A DNA stretch of 64,000 nt, taken from assembly GCA_009914755.4 (NCBI GenBank), contig CP086569.2, forward strand, positions 12,352,001-12,416,000, given 5' to 3'. Shown here in pieces: positions 13,501 through 30,035 of the stretch (positions are counted from its first letter, which is position 1; each line of letters opens with the position of its first letter). The notes beneath the pieces were generated by a model. That model was not told where the DNA came from. It did not search any database and saw only the letters and a program-made list of their open reading frames with translations. Position numbers and translations under genes: made by a program. The DNA is from the human T2T-CHM13v2.0 reference genome, Homo sapiens.

Positions 13501-15023
13501 ATGGACCCTAATGGAATGGAATGGAATGGAACAGAAACCGATGGAATGGACTGGAGTGAAATGGAGTCGAATGTAATTGACTGGAGTGGAATGGACTCGA
13601 AAGGAATGGACTCGAATAGAATGGACTGGAATGGATTGTGTTCGAATGGAGTGGAAAGGAATAAAATGGATTCCACCAGATTGGAATGGAACAGAATGGA
13701 ATGGAATGGAATGGAATGCAATGGAACGGCTTGACTGGAATGGAGTCGAATGCAATGGAATAGAAAGGAAAGGAATTGAATGGAATTGAAAGTAATAGAT
13801 TTAAATGGAGTGCAAAGGAAAGATGTCGAATGGAATGGATCGAAAAGAAATAGAATGGAATGGACAGGAATGGAATGGAATAGAATGGAATAGACTGGCG
13901 TGCAATGAAAACGAATGGAATGGAATGGAAAGGAATGGAGTAGAATAAATACTATGGAATGGAATGGAATGGAGGCGAAAGGAAAAGAATGGATTGGAAT
14001 GTCACCGAATGGAAAGATAAGGAATGGAAAGGAGTGGATACGAATGGAATGGAATAGAAAGGAACGGAAAGGTAAAGAATGGAATGGAATCGGATAGAAT
14101 GGAATGCAATGTAATGGAGTCGAATGGAAAATAATCGAGTAGAATGATATTGAATGGAATGGAATTTAATGGAATGGAATGGAATGGAATGGACTCGAAT
14201 GGAATGTACTCAAATGGATTAGAATAGAATGGAATGGAACTAAACGTAATGAACTCGAATGGAATGGACACAAATAGAATGGAAGAGAAAGGAATGGTAT
14301 TGAATGGAATTTATTCGAATAGAATGTAATTCAATGGAATGCAACAGTGTGGCATGGAATCAAATGGAATGGAATCGAATGGAATGGACCCGAGTGGAAT
14401 GGACTCACATAGAACAGCCTGGAATGTAATGGATGACAGTGTATTAGATTCGAAAGGACTGAAATCGAATGGAATGTAATCAAATAGAACGGAATTGAAT
14501 GCATGGAATGGCATAGAAAGTAATGCAATGGAATGGAATAGACTGGAATGGAATGGAATCGGATGGAATGTAATGAAATGTAATGGAAGGAATGCCATGG
14601 AATGGAATGGAATGGAATGCAATGGCCCGGTGTATAATGGAGTGCAATGGAATTCAGTGGAATGTAGTCAACAGGAATGAAATAGAATGGAATTCAATAT
14701 AAGGGAATGGCATCCAATGGCAGGGAATGGCATCCAATGGCAAGGAATGGAGTGGACTCCAATGGAAACAACATGAAAGGAATATAATATAATGGAATGG
14801 CATTGAACGATATGGAATGCAATGGAGTTAAAAGGTAAGATATCAAATGGAAAAGAATTGAATGGACTCGAATGGAATATAACGGAATGGAATGGACTCG
14901 AATGGAATGTACTAGAGTTGAATGGAATGGAATGGAATGGAAAACAATGGAAAGGAAAGGAAGGGAATTGAAAGGAAAGGAATAGAATGGAATGGAATCG
15001 GATAGAACGGAATTGAATGGAAT
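7509..15023. repeat. HOR long unit L2 (7515 bp), variant set A
   Basis: Near-identical to L1, with identical six-frame translations over most ORFs. The length difference comes from extra AATGG pentamers in pure tracts (e.g. the tract at 8321-8370 versus 821-865). Confidence 0.88.
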
Positions 15024-18000
15024 GGAAACTAAAGGAATAGCATAGAAAGGAATGGCATTGAATGGAATGGAATGGAATGGAATCAGATGGAACAGAAAGG
15101 AATGGAATAGAATCGAATGGTATGGCATCGAATGGATTGGAATGGAATGTAATGGAATGGAAAGGAATGGAATGGACTCGAATGGAATGTACTCAAATGG
15201 AATAGAATAGAATGGAATGGAAGTAAATATAATGGACTCGAATGGAATGGATTGGAATAAATTGGAATTGAATGTATTGGATTCGAATGGAAAGGAATGG
15301 AATGGAATGGAATGGATTCGAATGGAATGGAATCGAATGGAATGGAACGAATTGGAATGTAATTGAATGGCGTCGAAAACAGTAGAAAGAAATGAAGTTT
15401 AATCGAATGATATCGAATGGAATTGAATGGAATGTACGCGAATGGAATGGACTGGAATGGAATGGACTCTATGGGAATGAAGAGGAGTGGAATGGACTCG
15501 AATGTCATGGAGACGATTGGAATGGAAAGGAATGCAAAGGAATGGAATGGAATGGAATCTGATGCATCGCCATGGAATGGAATGGGGTCGAATGGAATAG
15601 AATCGAAAGGAATGGCATCCAATGGAATGGAAACGAATTGAATGGAATGGCATGGAATGGAATGGAAAGGAATATAATGGAAAGGAATCGGATGGAACGG
15701 AATGGAATGTAAAGGAGTCGAATGGAATAGAATCTAATAGAATTGCATTGATAGGAATGGAATCGAACTTACTCGAAAGGATTGGAGCCTAACAGAAGAG
15801 AATCGAACAGAATAGCATCAAATGGAATGGAAATGAATGGAATGGAATGGAATGGAATGGAATGGAATGGAATGGAATGGACACACATGTAATGGACTTG
15901 AATGGAATGGAATCAAATAGAATGGACGCGAATGGAATGTTCTCAAATGGAATTTATGAAAATAGAATGGAATCGAAAGTCATTGAACATTATGGAATGG
16001 AATCAAATGGAATGAAATCGAATGGAAGGAACCGGAATGGAATGTACTGGAATAGAACGGACTCGAATGTTACGGAAAGAAAAGTAAGTGATTCGGATGT
16101 CTTTTAATTGAATGGAAAGAAATCAAATGGAATGGAAAGGAATAAAATGGAATGGAATGAAATAGAATGCAATAGAATGGAAGTGAGTGGAGTCGAGTTG
16201 AATGGAATCGAATTGAATGGAATAGAATGGAATAGAATCAAATGGAATGGACTCGAATGCAATGGAACCGAATGGAATGGACTGGAACATAATGGAATCG
16301 AACGTATTGGAATGGAAAGGAATGGAAAGGAATTGAATGCAACGGAAAGCAATGGAATCGAATGTAATGGAGTCGTATGTAGTGGAGTCGAATGGAATGG
16401 AATCAAATGGAAGGAAAAGAATACAATCGAATGGAATAGAATAGAATGCAACAGAATGAAACGGAGTGGAATCGAGTGGAATGGAATAGAATTGAATGGA
16501 ATGGAAAGGAATGGAATCGAATGGAATGGATCCGAATGGAATGGATCCGAATGGAATGGAATGGAACAAAATGGAATTGAACAGATTAGAATCGAATGGA
16601 TCCGAATCGAATGGAATGGAATAGAATGGAATGGAATGGAATGGAATGGAATGGAATGGAATGGAATGGACCCAAATGTAATGAACTCTAATGAAATGGA
16701 CTTTAATAGAATGGATTAGAAAACAATGGGCTCGAATGGAATTTAATCAAGTCGAATTTAATGGAATGGAATGGAATGCAAAACTATGGAATAGCATCAA
16801 ATGGAATGGAACAGAATAGAGTGGAATGGAATGGAATACACAGGAATAGAACAGACTCGAATGTAATGGATTGCAATGTAAGTGATTCAAAGGGAATGGA
16901 ATCAAATGGAATATAATCAAATGGAATGGAATGGAGTGCATTGGAATGGAATAAAATGGAATGCAAACAATGGTACAGAACTCATTTGAATCTAGAGGAG
17001 TGGAATCGAATGCAATGGGAAAGAATGGAATGGACACGAATGGAATGGATTGGAAACAAATGGAATGGAAAGGATTTTAATCATACAGAACAAAATAGAA
17101 TGCAATGGACTCGAATGAAATGGAGTCGAAGAGAATAGTATCAAATGGAAAGGAATGGAATGCAATCGAATCGAATGGAATGTTAATGAAATTAATTGAA
17201 AGGAATAGAATGGAATGAAGTGTAATGGAAAGATATCGAATTGAATGGAATTGAATGGAATGGACACAAACGGAATGGACTGGAATGGAATGAACTGGAA
17301 AGGAATGGAATGGAGCGGAACGGACTCGAGTGCAATGGAATCGAATGGTATAGAATAGAATGGAATGGAATGGAAAGGAATAGAAGGGAATGGAATCGGA
17401 TCCAACGGGACAGATTGGAATGGGGTAGAATTGAATAGAATCGAATGGAATGGCATCGAATGTAATGGAATGGAATGGACTCGAATGGAATGGAGTGACA
17501 TGTAATGGAATCGAAAGGAATGGAATCGAATGAAATGGAATTGAATGGAATAGAAAGGAATAGAATGGAATGGAGTTTAATGGAAAGATATTAAAAGTAA
17601 TGGAATGGAATTGAGTGGACACGAATGGAATGGACTGGAATGGAAAGGACTCGAATGAAATGGAACGCATTAGAATGGACTCGAATGGAATGGATTGGAG
17701 TGGAATGGTCTCGAATGGATTGGAAACGAATGGAATGCAAAGGAATAGAATGGAATGTAATCAAATGGAACGAAATGGAATGGAATGGATTCGACTGGAA
17801 CAGAATTGAATGGAGTGGAATTGATTGGAATGGAATGCAATCGAATGGAATGAACACGAATGGAATAGAATGAAATGAAATGGCATAGAATGGAATGGAA
17901 TGGAATGGCATGGAATGGAATGGAATGGAATGGAATGGCATGGAATGTAATGGAATGGAATGAAATTGATTGGAATGGGATAGGCCCAAAAGTAATGGAC

Positions 18001-21000
18001 TCAAATAAAAGGGACTCAAATAGAATGAATTGGAAAGAAACGGTCTCGAATGTAATTCATTCGAATGGAATGATATTGAATGGAATGCAATAGTATGGAA
18101 TGGTATCGAATAGAATGGAATAGAATGGAATGGAATGGAACGGAATGGAGTGCATTTGAACGGACTCAAATGCAATAAATTGCAATATAATTGATTCAAA
18201 TGGAATGGAATCGAATACAATGTAAACAAACGGAATGGAAGGCAATGCAATGGCAAGGAATCGAATGAAATGGAATAAATGGAATGGAATCGAATGGAAA
18301 GGACGCGAATATAATGGACTGTTAAGGAAAGGTCTCAAATCGAATTTATTCCAATAGAATGGAATCGAAAGGAATGCAATACTATAGAATCGAATCGAAT
18401 GGAATGGAATTCAATGGAATGGACAGGAATGGAATGAACTGGAAGTGAATGGACAAGAACGTAATATATTGCAATGTAATGTATTCAAATGGAATGGAAT
18501 GCAATCGAATGGAATTGACTCGATTGGAATGGACTGGAGTGGAATGGACTCAAATGGAATGTATTCGAATGTAATGGACCTGAAAGGAATGGAATCCAAT
18601 GGAATGGAATTGAATGGAATCAAAAGTAATAGAATGGAATAGAGTGTCATTGAATGATATCGAATGGAAGGGAATGGAATGAAATCGAATGGAATGCACT
18701 GGAATGGAATGGACTCGATCAGAACGGACTGTAGCGGCATGTACACAAATGAAAAGGAAACGAATGGAATGGAATGAAATGGAATGAAATGGAATTGAAA
18801 GGAACGGAATGGAATGGAATGGAATGGAATGGATTGGAATAGAATGGATTCAAATAAAATAGAATCGATTGGAATGGTATTGAATGGAGGGGAATTGAAT
18901 GGAATGGAAAGCAATGGAAGATATTGGAATCGAATGGCATCGAATGAAATGGAATGGAACGGAATGGAACGGACTCGAATGGAATGGAATGGACTCAAAT
19001 GTAATGGACTCGAAAGGAATCGAATGAAATATAATAGACTCGAAAAGAATGGCCTCCAGCGGAATTTATTTGAATAGAATGGAATGAAATGGAATACAAT
19101 AGTATTGAATGGAATAGAATGGAATGGAATCGAATGGAATGTAATCAAATGGAATGGAACGGAATTCAATATAATGGAATAGAATGGAATGCATTGGAAA
19201 GGAGCAGAGTGGAATCGAGTGGAATGGAATCGAAAGGAATGGAATCAAAGGGAAAGAAATGGAATTGAATGGACTTGAATGGAATTGAGTCGAAAGGAAT
19301 TGACTCGAAAGGAATGGACTGGAACAAAAAGGAATCAAATGGACAGGAATGGAATGGAATGGAATGGAATGGACTGGAATAGAATGGAGTCAAATGCAAA
19401 CGCATCGAATGGAATGGATTGAAATGGAATGCAATTGAATGGAATAGAAAGGAAGAGAATGGAATTGAGAGTAATGGAAAGATATGGATTGGAATGAAAT
19501 GGAATGGAAAGGAATTGAATGTTAAGGAATGGACTCGGAAGAAATGGATTGGAATTTAATGGTCTCCAATGGAATGGACTGGAGTGGAACGGAATCGAAT
19601 GGAATGAAAAGAATGGAACGGAATGGAACGCAAAGGAATAGAATGTTATGGAATCCGATTGGACAGAATGGAATGGAATGGAGTTTCATGAAATGGAGTC
19701 GAATAGAGTGGCATCAAAAGGAATGTAATGGAACGGAGTGGACTCCAAAGGAATGGACTCGAAAGGAATGGAGACGAACCAAATTGAATCCAATGGATTG
19801 GAGTCGAACAGAATGGAATGGAATGGAATGAACTCGACTGGAGTGGAGAGGAATGTAAAGGAATAGAATGGAATGTAATCAAATGGATTGCAAGTGAATG
19901 GAATCAAAAATAATAGAAAGGAATGGAGTGTAAAGGGATGATATTGAATATAATGGAATGGAATGGAATTCAATGGAATGGAGCCGAAGGAATGGACAGG
20001 AATGTAATGGACTCCAATGGAATGGAATGGATGAAAATGGATTTGAACAGATTGGAATCGAACGGAATGGAATGCAATGGAATGGAATGGATTCGAATGG
20101 AGAAGAGACAAATGGAATGGAAACGAATTCAATGGAATTGAAAAGAATAGAATGGAATGGCGTGTAATGGTAAGATACTAAATGGAATGGAATGGAATGG
20201 AATGGAATGGAATGGATTGGAATGGACCCAAATGTAATGCCCTTGAATGGAATATACTCAAATAGAATGGAATCGAAAGGAAAGGTCTCAAATGGAATTT
20301 ATTCAATACAATGGAATCGAATGGAATGCAATAGAATGGAATGGAATCGAATGTAATGGAATCAAATAGAATGGACCAGAATGGAATGGACTGCCATAGA
20401 AGGGACTGCAGTGTAATGGATTGAATTCTAATTCATTCAAATGGAATGGAATTGAATGGAATGGAATCCAATGGAATGGATAGGATTGTACTGGATTGGA
20501 ATAGCATGGAATGCAACGGAGTGGAATGGAGTTGAATGAAGTGGAATGGAATCGATTGGAATGGAATCAAATGGAATGGACGGGAATGGAATGGACTGGA
20601 AGAGAACAGACTCGAATATAATGGATTGCAATGTAATTGATTCAAATGGAATGGAATCGAATGGAATGTAATAAAATTGAAGGGATTGGAGTTCAATGCA
20701 AAGGAAAAGAATGGAATGCCAAGGAATGGAAAGGAATGGAGTGAAATCGAGTGTAATGGAATCGAATGGAATGAAATCGAATGGAATGGACTCAAAAGAA
20801 ATGGACGAGGGACAAAACTGAATCGAACTGATTGGAATGGAACGGAACGGAATGGAATGGAATGGTCTCCATTGGATCGGAGTAGAACGGATTGGAATGG
20901 AATGGAATGAAATGGAATGGAAAGGAATAGAATGGAATGGAATGGAATGGAATGGAATGGAAGGTAATGGAAAGATAACGAACGGATTGGAAAGGAATGC

Positions 21001-22524
21001 AATGGACCCTAATGGAATGGAATGGAATTCAACAGAAACCAATGGAATGGACTGGAGTGAAATGGAGTCGAATGTAATTGACTGGAGTGGAATGGACTCG
21101 AAAGGAATGGACTCGAATAGAATGGACTGGAATGGATTGTGTTCGAATGGAGTGGAAAGGAATAAAATGGATTCCACCAGATTGGAATGGAACAGAATGG
21201 AATGGAATGGAATGGAATGCAATGGAACGGCTTGACTGGAATGGAGTCGAATGCAATGGAATAGAAAGGAAAGGAATTGAATGGAATTGAAAGTAATAGA
21301 TTTAAATGGAGTGCAAAGGAAAGATGTCGAATGGAATGGATCGAAAAGAAATAGAATGGAATGGACAGGAATGGAATGGAATAGAATGGAATAGACTGGC
21401 GTGCAATGAAAACGAATGGAATGGAATGGAAAGGAATGGAGTAGAATAAATACTATGGAATGGAATGGAATGGAGGCGAAAGGAAAAGAATGGATTGGAA
21501 TGTCACCGAATGGAAAGATAAGGAATGGAAAGGAGTGGATACGAATGGAATGGAATAGAAAGGAACGGAAAGGTAAAGAATGGAATGGAATCGGATAGAA
21601 TGGAATGCAATGTAATGGAGTCGAATGGAAAATAATCGAGTAGAATGATATTGAATGGAATGGAATTTAATGGAATGGAATGGAATGGAATGGACTCGAA
21701 TGGAATGTACTCAAATGGATTAGAATAGAATGGAATGGAACTAAACGTAATGAACTCGAATGGAATGGACACAAATAGAATGGAAGAGAAAGGAATGGTA
21801 TTGAATGGAATTTATTCGAATAGAATGTAATTCAATGGAATGCAACAGTGTGGCATGGAATCAAATGGAATGGAATCGAATGGAATGGACCCGAGTGGAA
21901 TGGACTCACATAGAACAGCCTGGAATGTAATGGATGACAGTGTATTAGATTCGAAAGGACTGAAATCGAATGGAATGTAATCAAATAGAACGGAATTGAA
22001 TGCATGGAATGGCATAGAAAGTAATGCAATGGAATGGAATAGACTGGAATGGAATGGAATCGGATGGAATGTAATGAAATGTAATGGAAGGAATGCCATG
22101 GAATGGAATGGAATGGAATGCAATGGCCCGGTGTATAATGGAGTGCAATGGAATTCAGTGGAATGTAGTCAACAGGAATGAAATAGAATGGAATTCAATA
22201 TAAGGGAATGGCATCCAATGGCAGGGAATGGCATCCAATGGCAAGGAATGGAGTGGACTCCAATGGAAACAACATGAAAGGAATATAATATAATGGAATG
22301 GCATTGAACGATATGGAATGCAATGGAGTTAAAAGGTAAGATATCAAATGGAAAAGAATTGAATGGACTCGAATGGAATATAACGGAATGGAATGGACTC
22401 GAATGGAATGTACTAGAGTTGAATGGAATGGAATGGAATGGAAAACAATGGAAAGGAAAGGAAGGGAATTGAAAGGAAAGGAATAGAATGGAATGGAATC
22501 GGATAGAACGGAATTGAATGGAAT
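15024..22524. repeat. HOR long unit L3 (7501 bp), variant set A with some B-type changes
   Basis: Same landmark order as L1 and L2. It keeps the A-type 'cgaacttactcg' and 'ggaacgcatt', but has 'ggatccaacgggac' (1-bp insertion versus L1/L2 'ggatccacgggac') and 'cgaacagaatagcatc'. Confidence 0.85.
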
Positions 22525-25500
22525 GGAAACTAAAGGAATAGCATAGAAAGGAATGGCATTGAATGGAATGGAATGGAATGGAATCAGATGGAACAGAAAG
22601 GAATGGAATAGAATCGAATGGTATGGCATCGAATGGATTGGAATGGAATGTAATGGAATGGAAAGGAATGGAATGGACTCGAATGGAATGTACTCAAATG
22701 GAATAGAATAGAATGGAATGGAAGTAAATATAATGGACTCGAATGGAATGGATTGGAATAAATTGGAATTGAATGTATTGGATTCGAATGGAAAGGAATG
22801 GAATGGAATGGAATGGATTCGAATGGAATGGAATCGAATGGAATGGAACGAATTGGAATGTAATTGAATGGCGTCGAAAACAGTAGAAAGAAATGAAGTT
22901 TAATCGAATGATATCGAATGGAATTGAATGGAATGTACGCGAATGGAATGGACTGGAATGGAATGGACTCTATGGGAATGAAGAGGAGTGGAATGGACTC
23001 GAATGTCATGGAGACGATTGGAATGGAAGGGAATGCAAAGGAATGGAATGGAATGGAATCTGATGCATCGCAATGGAATGGAATGGGGTCGAATGGCATA
23101 GAATCGAAAGGAATGGCATCCAATGGAATGGAAACGAATTGAATGGAATGGCATGGAATGGAATGGAAAGGAATATAATGGAAAGGAATCGGATGGAACG
23201 GAATGGAATGTAATGGAGTCGAATGGAATAGAATCTAATAGAATTGCATTGATAGGAATGGAATCGAACGGACTCGAAAGGATTGGAGCCTAACAGAAGA
23301 GAATCGAACACAATAGCATCAAATGGAATGGAAATGAATGGAATGGAACGGAATGGAATGGAATGGAATGGAATGGAATGGAATGGAATGGACACACATG
23401 TAATGGACTTGAATGGAATGGAATCAAATAGAATGGACGCGAATGGAATGTTCTCAAATGGAATTTATGAAAATAGAATGGAATCGAAAGTCATTGAACA
23501 TTATGGAATGGAATCAAATGGAATGAAATCGAATGGAAGGAACCGGAATGGAATGTACTGGAATAAAACGGACTCGAATGTTACGGAAAGAAAAGTAAGT
23601 GATTCGGATGTCTTTTAATTGAATGGAAAGAAATCAAATGGAATGGAAAGGAATAAAATGGAATGGAATGAAATAGAATGCAATAGAATGGAAGTGAGTG
23701 GAGTCGAGTTGAATGGAATCGAATTGAATGGAATAGAATGGAATAGAATCAAATGGAATGGACTCGAATGCAATGGAACCGAATGGAATGGACTGGAACA
23801 TAATGGAATCGAACGTATTGGAATGGAAAGGAATGGAAAGGAATTGAATGCAACGGAAAGCAATGGAATCGAATGTAATGGAGTCGTATGTAGTGGAGTC
23901 GAATGGAATGGAATCAAATGGAAGGAAAAGAATACAATCGAATGGAATAGAATAGAATGCAACAGAATGAAACGGAGTGGAATCGAGTGGAATGGAGTAG
24001 AATTGAATGGAATGGAAAGGAATGGAATCGAATGGAATGGATCCGAATGGAATGGATCCGAATGGAATGGAATGGAACAAAATGGAATTGAACAGATTAG
24101 AATCGAATGGATCCGAATCGAATGGAATGGAATATAATGGAATGGAATGGAATGGAATGGAATGGAATGGACCCAAATGTAATGAACTCTAATGAAATGG
24201 ACTTTAATAGAATGGATTAGAAAACAATGGGCTCGAATGGAATTTAATCAAGTCGAATTTAATGGAATGGAATGGAATGCAAAACTATGGAATAGCATCA
24301 AATGGAATGGAACAGAATAGAGTAGAATGGAATGGAATACACAGGAATAGAACAGACTCGAATGTAATGGATTGCAATGTAAGTGATTCAAAGGGAATGG
24401 AATCAAATGGAATATAATCAAATGGAATGGAATGGAGTGCATTGGAATGGAATAAAATGGAATGCAAACAATGGTACAGAACCCATTTGAATCTAGAGGA
24501 GTGGAATCGAATGCAATGGGAAAGAATGGAATGGACACGAATGGAATGGATTGGAAACAAATGGAATGGAAAGGATTTTAATCATACAGAACAAAATAGA
24601 ATGCAATGGACTCGAATGAAATGGAGTCGAAGAGAATAGTATCAAATGGAAAGGAATGGAATGCAATCGAATCGAATGGAATGTTAATGAAATTAATTGA
24701 AAGGAATAGAATGGAATGAAGTGTAATGGAAAGATATCGAATTGAATGGAATTGAATGGAATGGACACAAACGGAATGGACTGGAATGGAATGAACTGGA
24801 AAGGAATGGAATGGAGCGGAACGGACTCGAGTGCAATGGAATCGAATGGTATAGAATAGAATGGAATGGAATGGAAAGGAATAGAAGGGAATGGAATCGG
24901 ATCCAACGGGACAGATTGGAATGGGGTAGAATTGAATAGAATCGAATGGAATGGCATCGAATGTAATGGAATGGAATGGACTCGAATGGAATGGAGTGAC
25001 ATGTAATGGAATCGAAGGGAATGGAATCGAATGAAATGGAATTGAATGGAATAGAAAGGAATAGAATGGAATGGAGTTTAATGGAAAGATATTAAAAGTA
25101 ATGGAATGGAATTGAGTGGACACGAATGGAATGGACTGGAATGGAAAGGACTCGAATGAAATGGAGCGCATTAGAATGGACTCGAATGGAATGGATTGGA
25201 GTGGAATGGTCTCGAATGGATTGGAAACGAATGGAATGCAAAGGAATAGAATGGAATGTAATCAAATGGAACGAAATGGAATGGAATGGATTCGACTGGA
25301 ACAGAATTGAATGGAGTGGAATTGATTGGAATGGAATGCAATCGAATGGAATGAACACGAATGGAATAGAATGAAATGAAATGGCATAGAATGGAATGGA
25401 ATGGAATGGAATGGAATGGCATGGAATGGAATGGAATGGAATGGAATGGCATGGAATGTAATGGAATGGAATGAAATTGATTGGAATGGGATGGGCCCAA

Positions 25501-28500
25501 AAGTAATGGACTCAAATAAAAGGGACTCAAATAGAATGAATTGGAAAGAAACGGTCTCGAATGTAATTCATTCGAATGGAATGATATTGAATGGAATGCA
25601 ATAGTATGGAATGGTATCGAATAGAATGGAATAGAATGGAATGGAATTGAACGGAATGGAGTGCATTTGAACGGACTCAAATGCAATAAATTGCAATATA
25701 ATTGATTCAAATGGAATGGAATCGAATACAATGTAAACAAACGGAATGGAAGGCAATGCAATGGCAAGGAATCGAATGAAATGGAATAAATGGAATGGAA
25801 TCGAATGGAAAGGACGCGAATATAATGGACTGTTAAGGAAAGGTCTCGAATCGAATTTATTCCAATAGAATGGAATCGAAAGGAATGCAATACTATAGAA
25901 TCGAATCGAATGGAATGGAATTCAATGGAATGGACAGGAATGGAATGAACTGGAAGTGAATGGACAAGAACGTAATATATTGCAATGTAATGTATTCAAA
26001 TGGAATGGAATGCAATCGAATGGAATTGACTCGATTGGAATGGACTGGAGTGGAATGGACTCAAATGGAATGTATTCGAATGTAATGGACCTGAAAGGAA
26101 TGGAATCCAATGGAATGGAATTGAATGGAATCAAAAGGAATAGAATGGAATAGAGTGTCATTGAATGATATCGAATGGAAGGGAATGGAATGAAATCGAA
26201 TGGAATGCACTGGAATGGAATGGACTCGATCAGAACGGACTGTAGCGGCATGTACACAAATGAAATGGAAAAGAATGGAATGGAATGAAATGGAATGAAA
26301 TGGAATTGAAAGGAACGGAATGGAATGGAATGGAATGGAATGGATTGGAATAGAATGGATTCAAATAAAATAGAATCGATTGGAATGGTATTGAATGGAG
26401 GGGAATTGAATGGAATGGAAAGCAATGGAAGATATTGGAATCGAATGGCATCGAATGAAATGGAATGGAACGGAATGGAACGGACCCGAATGGAATGGAA
26501 TGGACTCAAATGTAATGGACTCGAAAGGAATCGAATGAAATATAATAGACTCGAAAAGAATGGCCTCCAGCGGAATTTATTTGAATAGAATGGAATGAAA
26601 TGGAATACAATAGTATTGAATGGAACAGAATGGAATGGAATCGAATGGAATGTAATCAAATGGAATGGAACGGAATTCAATATAATGGAATAGAATGGAA
26701 TGCATTGGAAAGGAGCAGAGTGGAATCGAGTGGAATGGAATCGAAAGGAATGGAATCAAAGGGAAAGAAATGGAATTGAATGGACTTGAATGGAATTGAG
26801 TCGAAAGGAATTGACTCGAAAGGAATGGACTGGAACAAAAAGGAATCAAATGGACAGGAATGGAATGGAATGGAATGGAATGGAATGGAATGGACTGGAA
26901 TAGAATGGAGTCAAATGCAAACGCATCGAATGGAATGGATTGAAATGGAATGCAATTGAATGGAATAGAAAGGAAGAGAATGGAATTGAGAGTAATGGAA
27001 AGATATGGATTGGAATGAAATGGAATGGAAAGGAATTGAATGTTCAGGAATGGACTCGGAAGAAATGGATTGGAATTTAATGGTCTCCAATGGAATGGAC
27101 TGGAGTGGAACGGAATCAAATGGAATGAAAAGAATGGAACGGAATGGAACGGAAAGGAATAGAAAGTTATGGAATCCGATTGGACAGAATGGAATGGAAT
27201 GGAGTTTCATGAAATGGAGTCGAATAGAGTGGCATCAAAAGGAATGTAATGGAACGGAGTGGACTCCAAAGGAATGGACTCGAAAGGAATGGAGACGAAC
27301 CAAATTGAATCCAATGGATTGGAGTCGAACAGAATGGAATGGAATGGAATGAACTCGACTGGAGTGGAGAGGAATGTAAAGGAATAGAATGGAATGTAAT
27401 CAAATGGATTGCAACTGAATGGAATCAAAAATAATAGAAAGGAATGGAGTGTAAAGGGATGATATTGAATATAATGGAATGGAATGGAATTCAATGGAAT
27501 GGAGTCGAAGGAATGGACAGGAATGTAATGGACTCCAATGGAATGGAATGGATGAAAATGGATTTGAACAGATTGGAATCGAACGGAATGGAATGCAATG
27601 GAATGGAATGGATTCGAATGGAGAAGAGACAAATGGAATGGAAACGAATTCAATGGAATTGAAAAGAATAGAATGGAATGGCGTGTAATGGTAAGATACT
27701 AAATGGAATGGAATGGAATGGAATGGAATGGATTGGAATGGACCCAAATGTAATGCCCTCGAATGGAATATACTCAAATAGAATGGAATCGAAAGGAAAG
27801 GTCTCAAATGGAATTTATTCAATACAATGGAATCAAATGGAATGCAATAGAATGGAATGGAATCGAATGTAATGGAATCAAATAGAATGGACCAGAATGG
27901 AATGGACTGCCATAGAACGGACTGCAGTGTAATGGATTGAATTCTAATTCATTCAAATGGAATGGAATTGAATGGAATGGAATCCAATGGAATGGATAGG
28001 ATTGTACTGGATTGGAATAGCATGGAATGCAACGGAGTGGAATGGAGTTGAATGAAGTGGAATGGAATCGATTGGAATGGAATCAAATGGAATGGACGGG
28101 AATGGAATGGACTGGAAGAGAACAGACTCGAATATAATGGATTGCAATGTAATTGATTCAAATGGAATGGAATCGAATGGAATGTAATAAAATTGAAGGG
28201 ATTGGAGTTCAATGCAAAGGAAAAGAATGGAATGCAAAGGAATGGAAAGGAATGGAGTGAAATCGAGTGTAATGGAATCGAATGGAATGAAATCGAATGG
28301 AATGGACTCAAAAGAAATGGACGAGGGACAAAACTGAATCGAACTGATTGGAATGGAACGAAACGGAATGGAATGGAATGGTCTCCATTGGATCGGAGTA
28401 GAACGGATTGGAATGGAATGGAATGAAATGGAATGGAAAGGAATAGAATGGAATGGAATGGAATGGAATGGAAGGTAATGGAAAGATAACGAACGGATTG

Positions 28501-30035
28501 GAAAGGAATGCAATGGACCCTAATGGAATGGAATGGAATGGAACAGAAACCGATGGAATGGACTGGAGTGAAATGGAGTCGAATGTAATTGACTGGAGTG
28601 GAATGGACTCGAAAGGAATGGACTCGAATAGAATGGACTGGAATGGATTGTGTTCGAATGGAGTGGAAAGGAATAAAATGGATTCCACCAGATTGGAATG
28701 GAACAGAATGGAATGGAATGGAATGGAATGCAATGGAACGGCTTGACTGGAATGGAGTCGAATGCAATGGAATAGAAAGGAAAGGAATTGAATGGAATTG
28801 AAAGTAATAGATTTAAATGGAGTGCAAAGGAAAGATGTCGAATGGAATGGATCGAAAAGAAATAGAATGGAATGGACAGGAATGGAATGGAATAGAATGG
28901 AATAGACTGGCGTGCAATGAAAACGAATGGAATGGAATGGAAAGGAATGGAGTAGAATAAATACTATGGAATGGAATGGAATGGAGGCGAAAGGAAAAGA
29001 ATGGATTGGAATGTCACCGAATGGAAAGATAAGGAATGGAAAGGAGTGGATACGAATGGAATGGAATAGAAAGGAACGGAAAGGTAAAGAATGGAATGGA
29101 ATCGGATAGAATGGAATGCAATGTAATGGAGTCGAATGGAAAATAATCGAGTAGAATGATATTGAATGGAATGGAATTTAATGGAATGGAATGGAATGGA
29201 ATGGACTCGAATGGAATGTACTCAAATGGATTAGAATAGAATGGAATGGAACTAAACGTAATGAACTCGAATGGAATGGACACAAATAGAATGGAAGAGA
29301 AAGGAATGGTATTGAATGGAATTTATTCGAATAGAATGTAATTCAATGGAATGCAACAGTGTGGCATGGAATCAAATGGAATGGAATCGAATGGAATGGA
29401 CCCGAGTGGAATGGACTCACATAGAACAGCCTGGAATGTAATGGATGACAGTGTATTAGATTCGAAAGGACTGAAATCGAATGGAATGTAATCAAATAGA
29501 ACGGAATTGAATGCATGGAATGGCATAGAAAGTAATGCAATGGAATGGAATAGACTGGAATGGAATGGAATCGGATGGAATGTAATGAAATGTAATGGAA
29601 GGAATGCCATGGAATGGAATGGAATGGAATGCAATGGCCCGGTGTATAATGGAGTGCAATGGAATTCAGTGGAATGTAGTCAACAGGAATGAAATAGAAT
29701 GGAATTCAATATAAGGGAATGGCATCCAATGGCAGGGAATGGCATCCAATGGCAAGGAATGGAGTGGACTCCAATGGAAACAACATGAAAGGAATATAAT
29801 ATAATGGAATGGCATTGAACGATATGGAATGCAATGGAGTTAAAAGGTAAGATATCAAATGGAAAAGAATTGAATGGACTCGAATGGAATATAACGGAAT
29901 GGAATGGACTCGAATGGAATGTACTAGAGTTGAATGGAATGGAATGGAATGGAAAACAATGGAAAGGAAAGGAAGGGAATTGAAAGGAAAGGAATAGAAT
30001 GGAATGGAATCGGATAGAACGGAATTGAATGGAAT
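22525..30035. repeat. HOR long unit L4 (7511 bp), variant set B
   Basis: Same landmarks as L1-L3. B-type diagnostic variants are 'cgaacggactcg' (versus cttactcg), 'ggagcgcatt', 'ccatagaacggactgcag' and 'ggaatataatgg'. Confidence 0.85.

Noticed and set aside
1-15023. Exact duplication of units suggesting an assembly artefact (collapsed or duplicated contig)
   Set aside because: Units differ by consistent small variants and pentamer-count indels, and they show a structured A/B/short progression. That looks biological rather than like a verbatim duplicated block. It cannot be excluded without read-level support.
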